DNA of 64,000 nucleotides from an uncultured Arcobacter sp. (GTDB lineage: Bacteria > Campylobacterota > Campylobacteria > Campylobacterales > Arcobacteraceae): assembly GCA_965140705.1 (NCBI GenBank), contig OZ223300.1, forward strand, positions 1,824,001 through 1,888,000, given 5' to 3'. How positions within the stretch are numbered: position 1 is the first letter of the stretch; each line of letters opens with the position of its first letter. Shown here piece by piece: positions 63,290-64,000 of the stretch. The notes under the pieces were generated by a model, which was not told the origin of the DNA, did no database searches, and saw nothing but the letters and a program-made list of their open reading frames with translations. A program made the position numbers and the translations under genes.

Positions 63290-64000
63290 ATGCACAATAC
63301 TACAAAATATAATTTATTAAAAATAATTCTATTATTACTACTATCAATAAACCTCTTTGGGAATAATCTTCTTTTGGGAGACACTGAAGTAAAAAGTCAA
63401 CAAAATCAACAAAATGATCAAACTGCAACTGATACACAAACAGATGGAACTAATACTACTAATGAAGTAGACCCTTATGATTTGGGCTTTATTATTAAAC
63501 TAATTCAAAATAAAAATTTTAAATTACATACAGATAATCAAATTGAAAAAATTGATGATGAAATGGAAAAGATTATAAAGAACATAAATAAAGAGGTTCC
63601 TTATAATTTTGATGAAAAAGATTATGAACAAAAAACTAAATTCTTAAATAGTAAAATAAATATCAATTCTAAATATGATAATAATTTAGCCGTATCAAGG
63701 GATCTTTTAAAAATAACTATCTTAGAAAATAAAAGAAACTTTGCTCAAACAATTAATTCAATTATAGATGGAAAAAACTCTTTTAAAGATAAAAAATATT
63801 ATGTATCTTTACTTGATGACTCAATAAAAAAATTAAAAAATATAGATTTAAATATTTTTAGAAAAACTGCTTCACAAATAAGTGATTTAAATGATACACT
63901 TTCTACTGATTTTAAAACTTCTTTAAATACACTAGAGTCACAAATAAAAGCAAACTTACTAGTATATAATTATCTAAGATCAAATATGAATGAATATAGA
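63290..64000 (+). CDS. Exported or membrane protein, 5' part only (possibly the periplasmic N-terminus of an MscS-family channel)
   Basis: Manual translation MHNTTKYNLLKIILLLLLSINLFG... appears open to the window end. The product guess rests on weak resemblance only. Confidence 0.5.
   Translation, partial: MHNTTKYNLLKIILLLLLSINLFGNNLLLGDTEVKSQQNQQNDQTATDTQTDGTNTTNEVDPYDLGFIIKLIQNKNFKLHTDNQIEKIDDEMEKIIKNINKEVPYNFDEKDYEQKTKFLNSKININSKYDNNLAVSRDLLKITILENKRNFAQTINSIIDGKNSFKDKKYYVSLLDDSIKKLKNIDLNIFRKTASQISDLNDTLSTDFKTSLNTLESQIKANLLVYNYLRSNMNEYR

Overview
This is a very AT-rich chromosomal segment of a Campylobacterota bacterium. Protein style and gene order suggest Arcobacteraceae (inference). 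It is mostly core genome: an OmpR-family two-component system, rnpB, lolA/secA/LolC-E, mltG-icd-mdh, sodB, cbpA-hspR, ppiD-ftsA-ftsZ, recD2, a FliK-like/FlhB-C pair, mreD-mrdA, fliP, the tatD-mltD-rlpA-hisB-kdsC-lptC-lptA-engB-argA operon, rplI-hslVU and ubiX-coaD-tmk-hisS-speA-cysE. I saw no tRNA, rRNA, CRISPR array, IS element or prophage. The most notable observations are: (1) a full-length aconitase A homologue that has lost most catalytic residues, directly upstream of a DEAD-box RNA helicase; (2) a TPR/beta-barrel (Slam/T11SS-like) gene paired with a secreted FecR-domain protein ending in a TbpB-like barrel; (3) a serine recombinase lacking its catalytic serine; (4) an exact 3 x 336-nt repeat expansion in the FliK-like gene; (5) a tatD gene that can only start at a non-canonical ATA/ATT codon; and (6) recognisable operators (an HspR HAIR site and a DccR-like box). 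All family assignments come from motif recognition by eye; no database searches were run.
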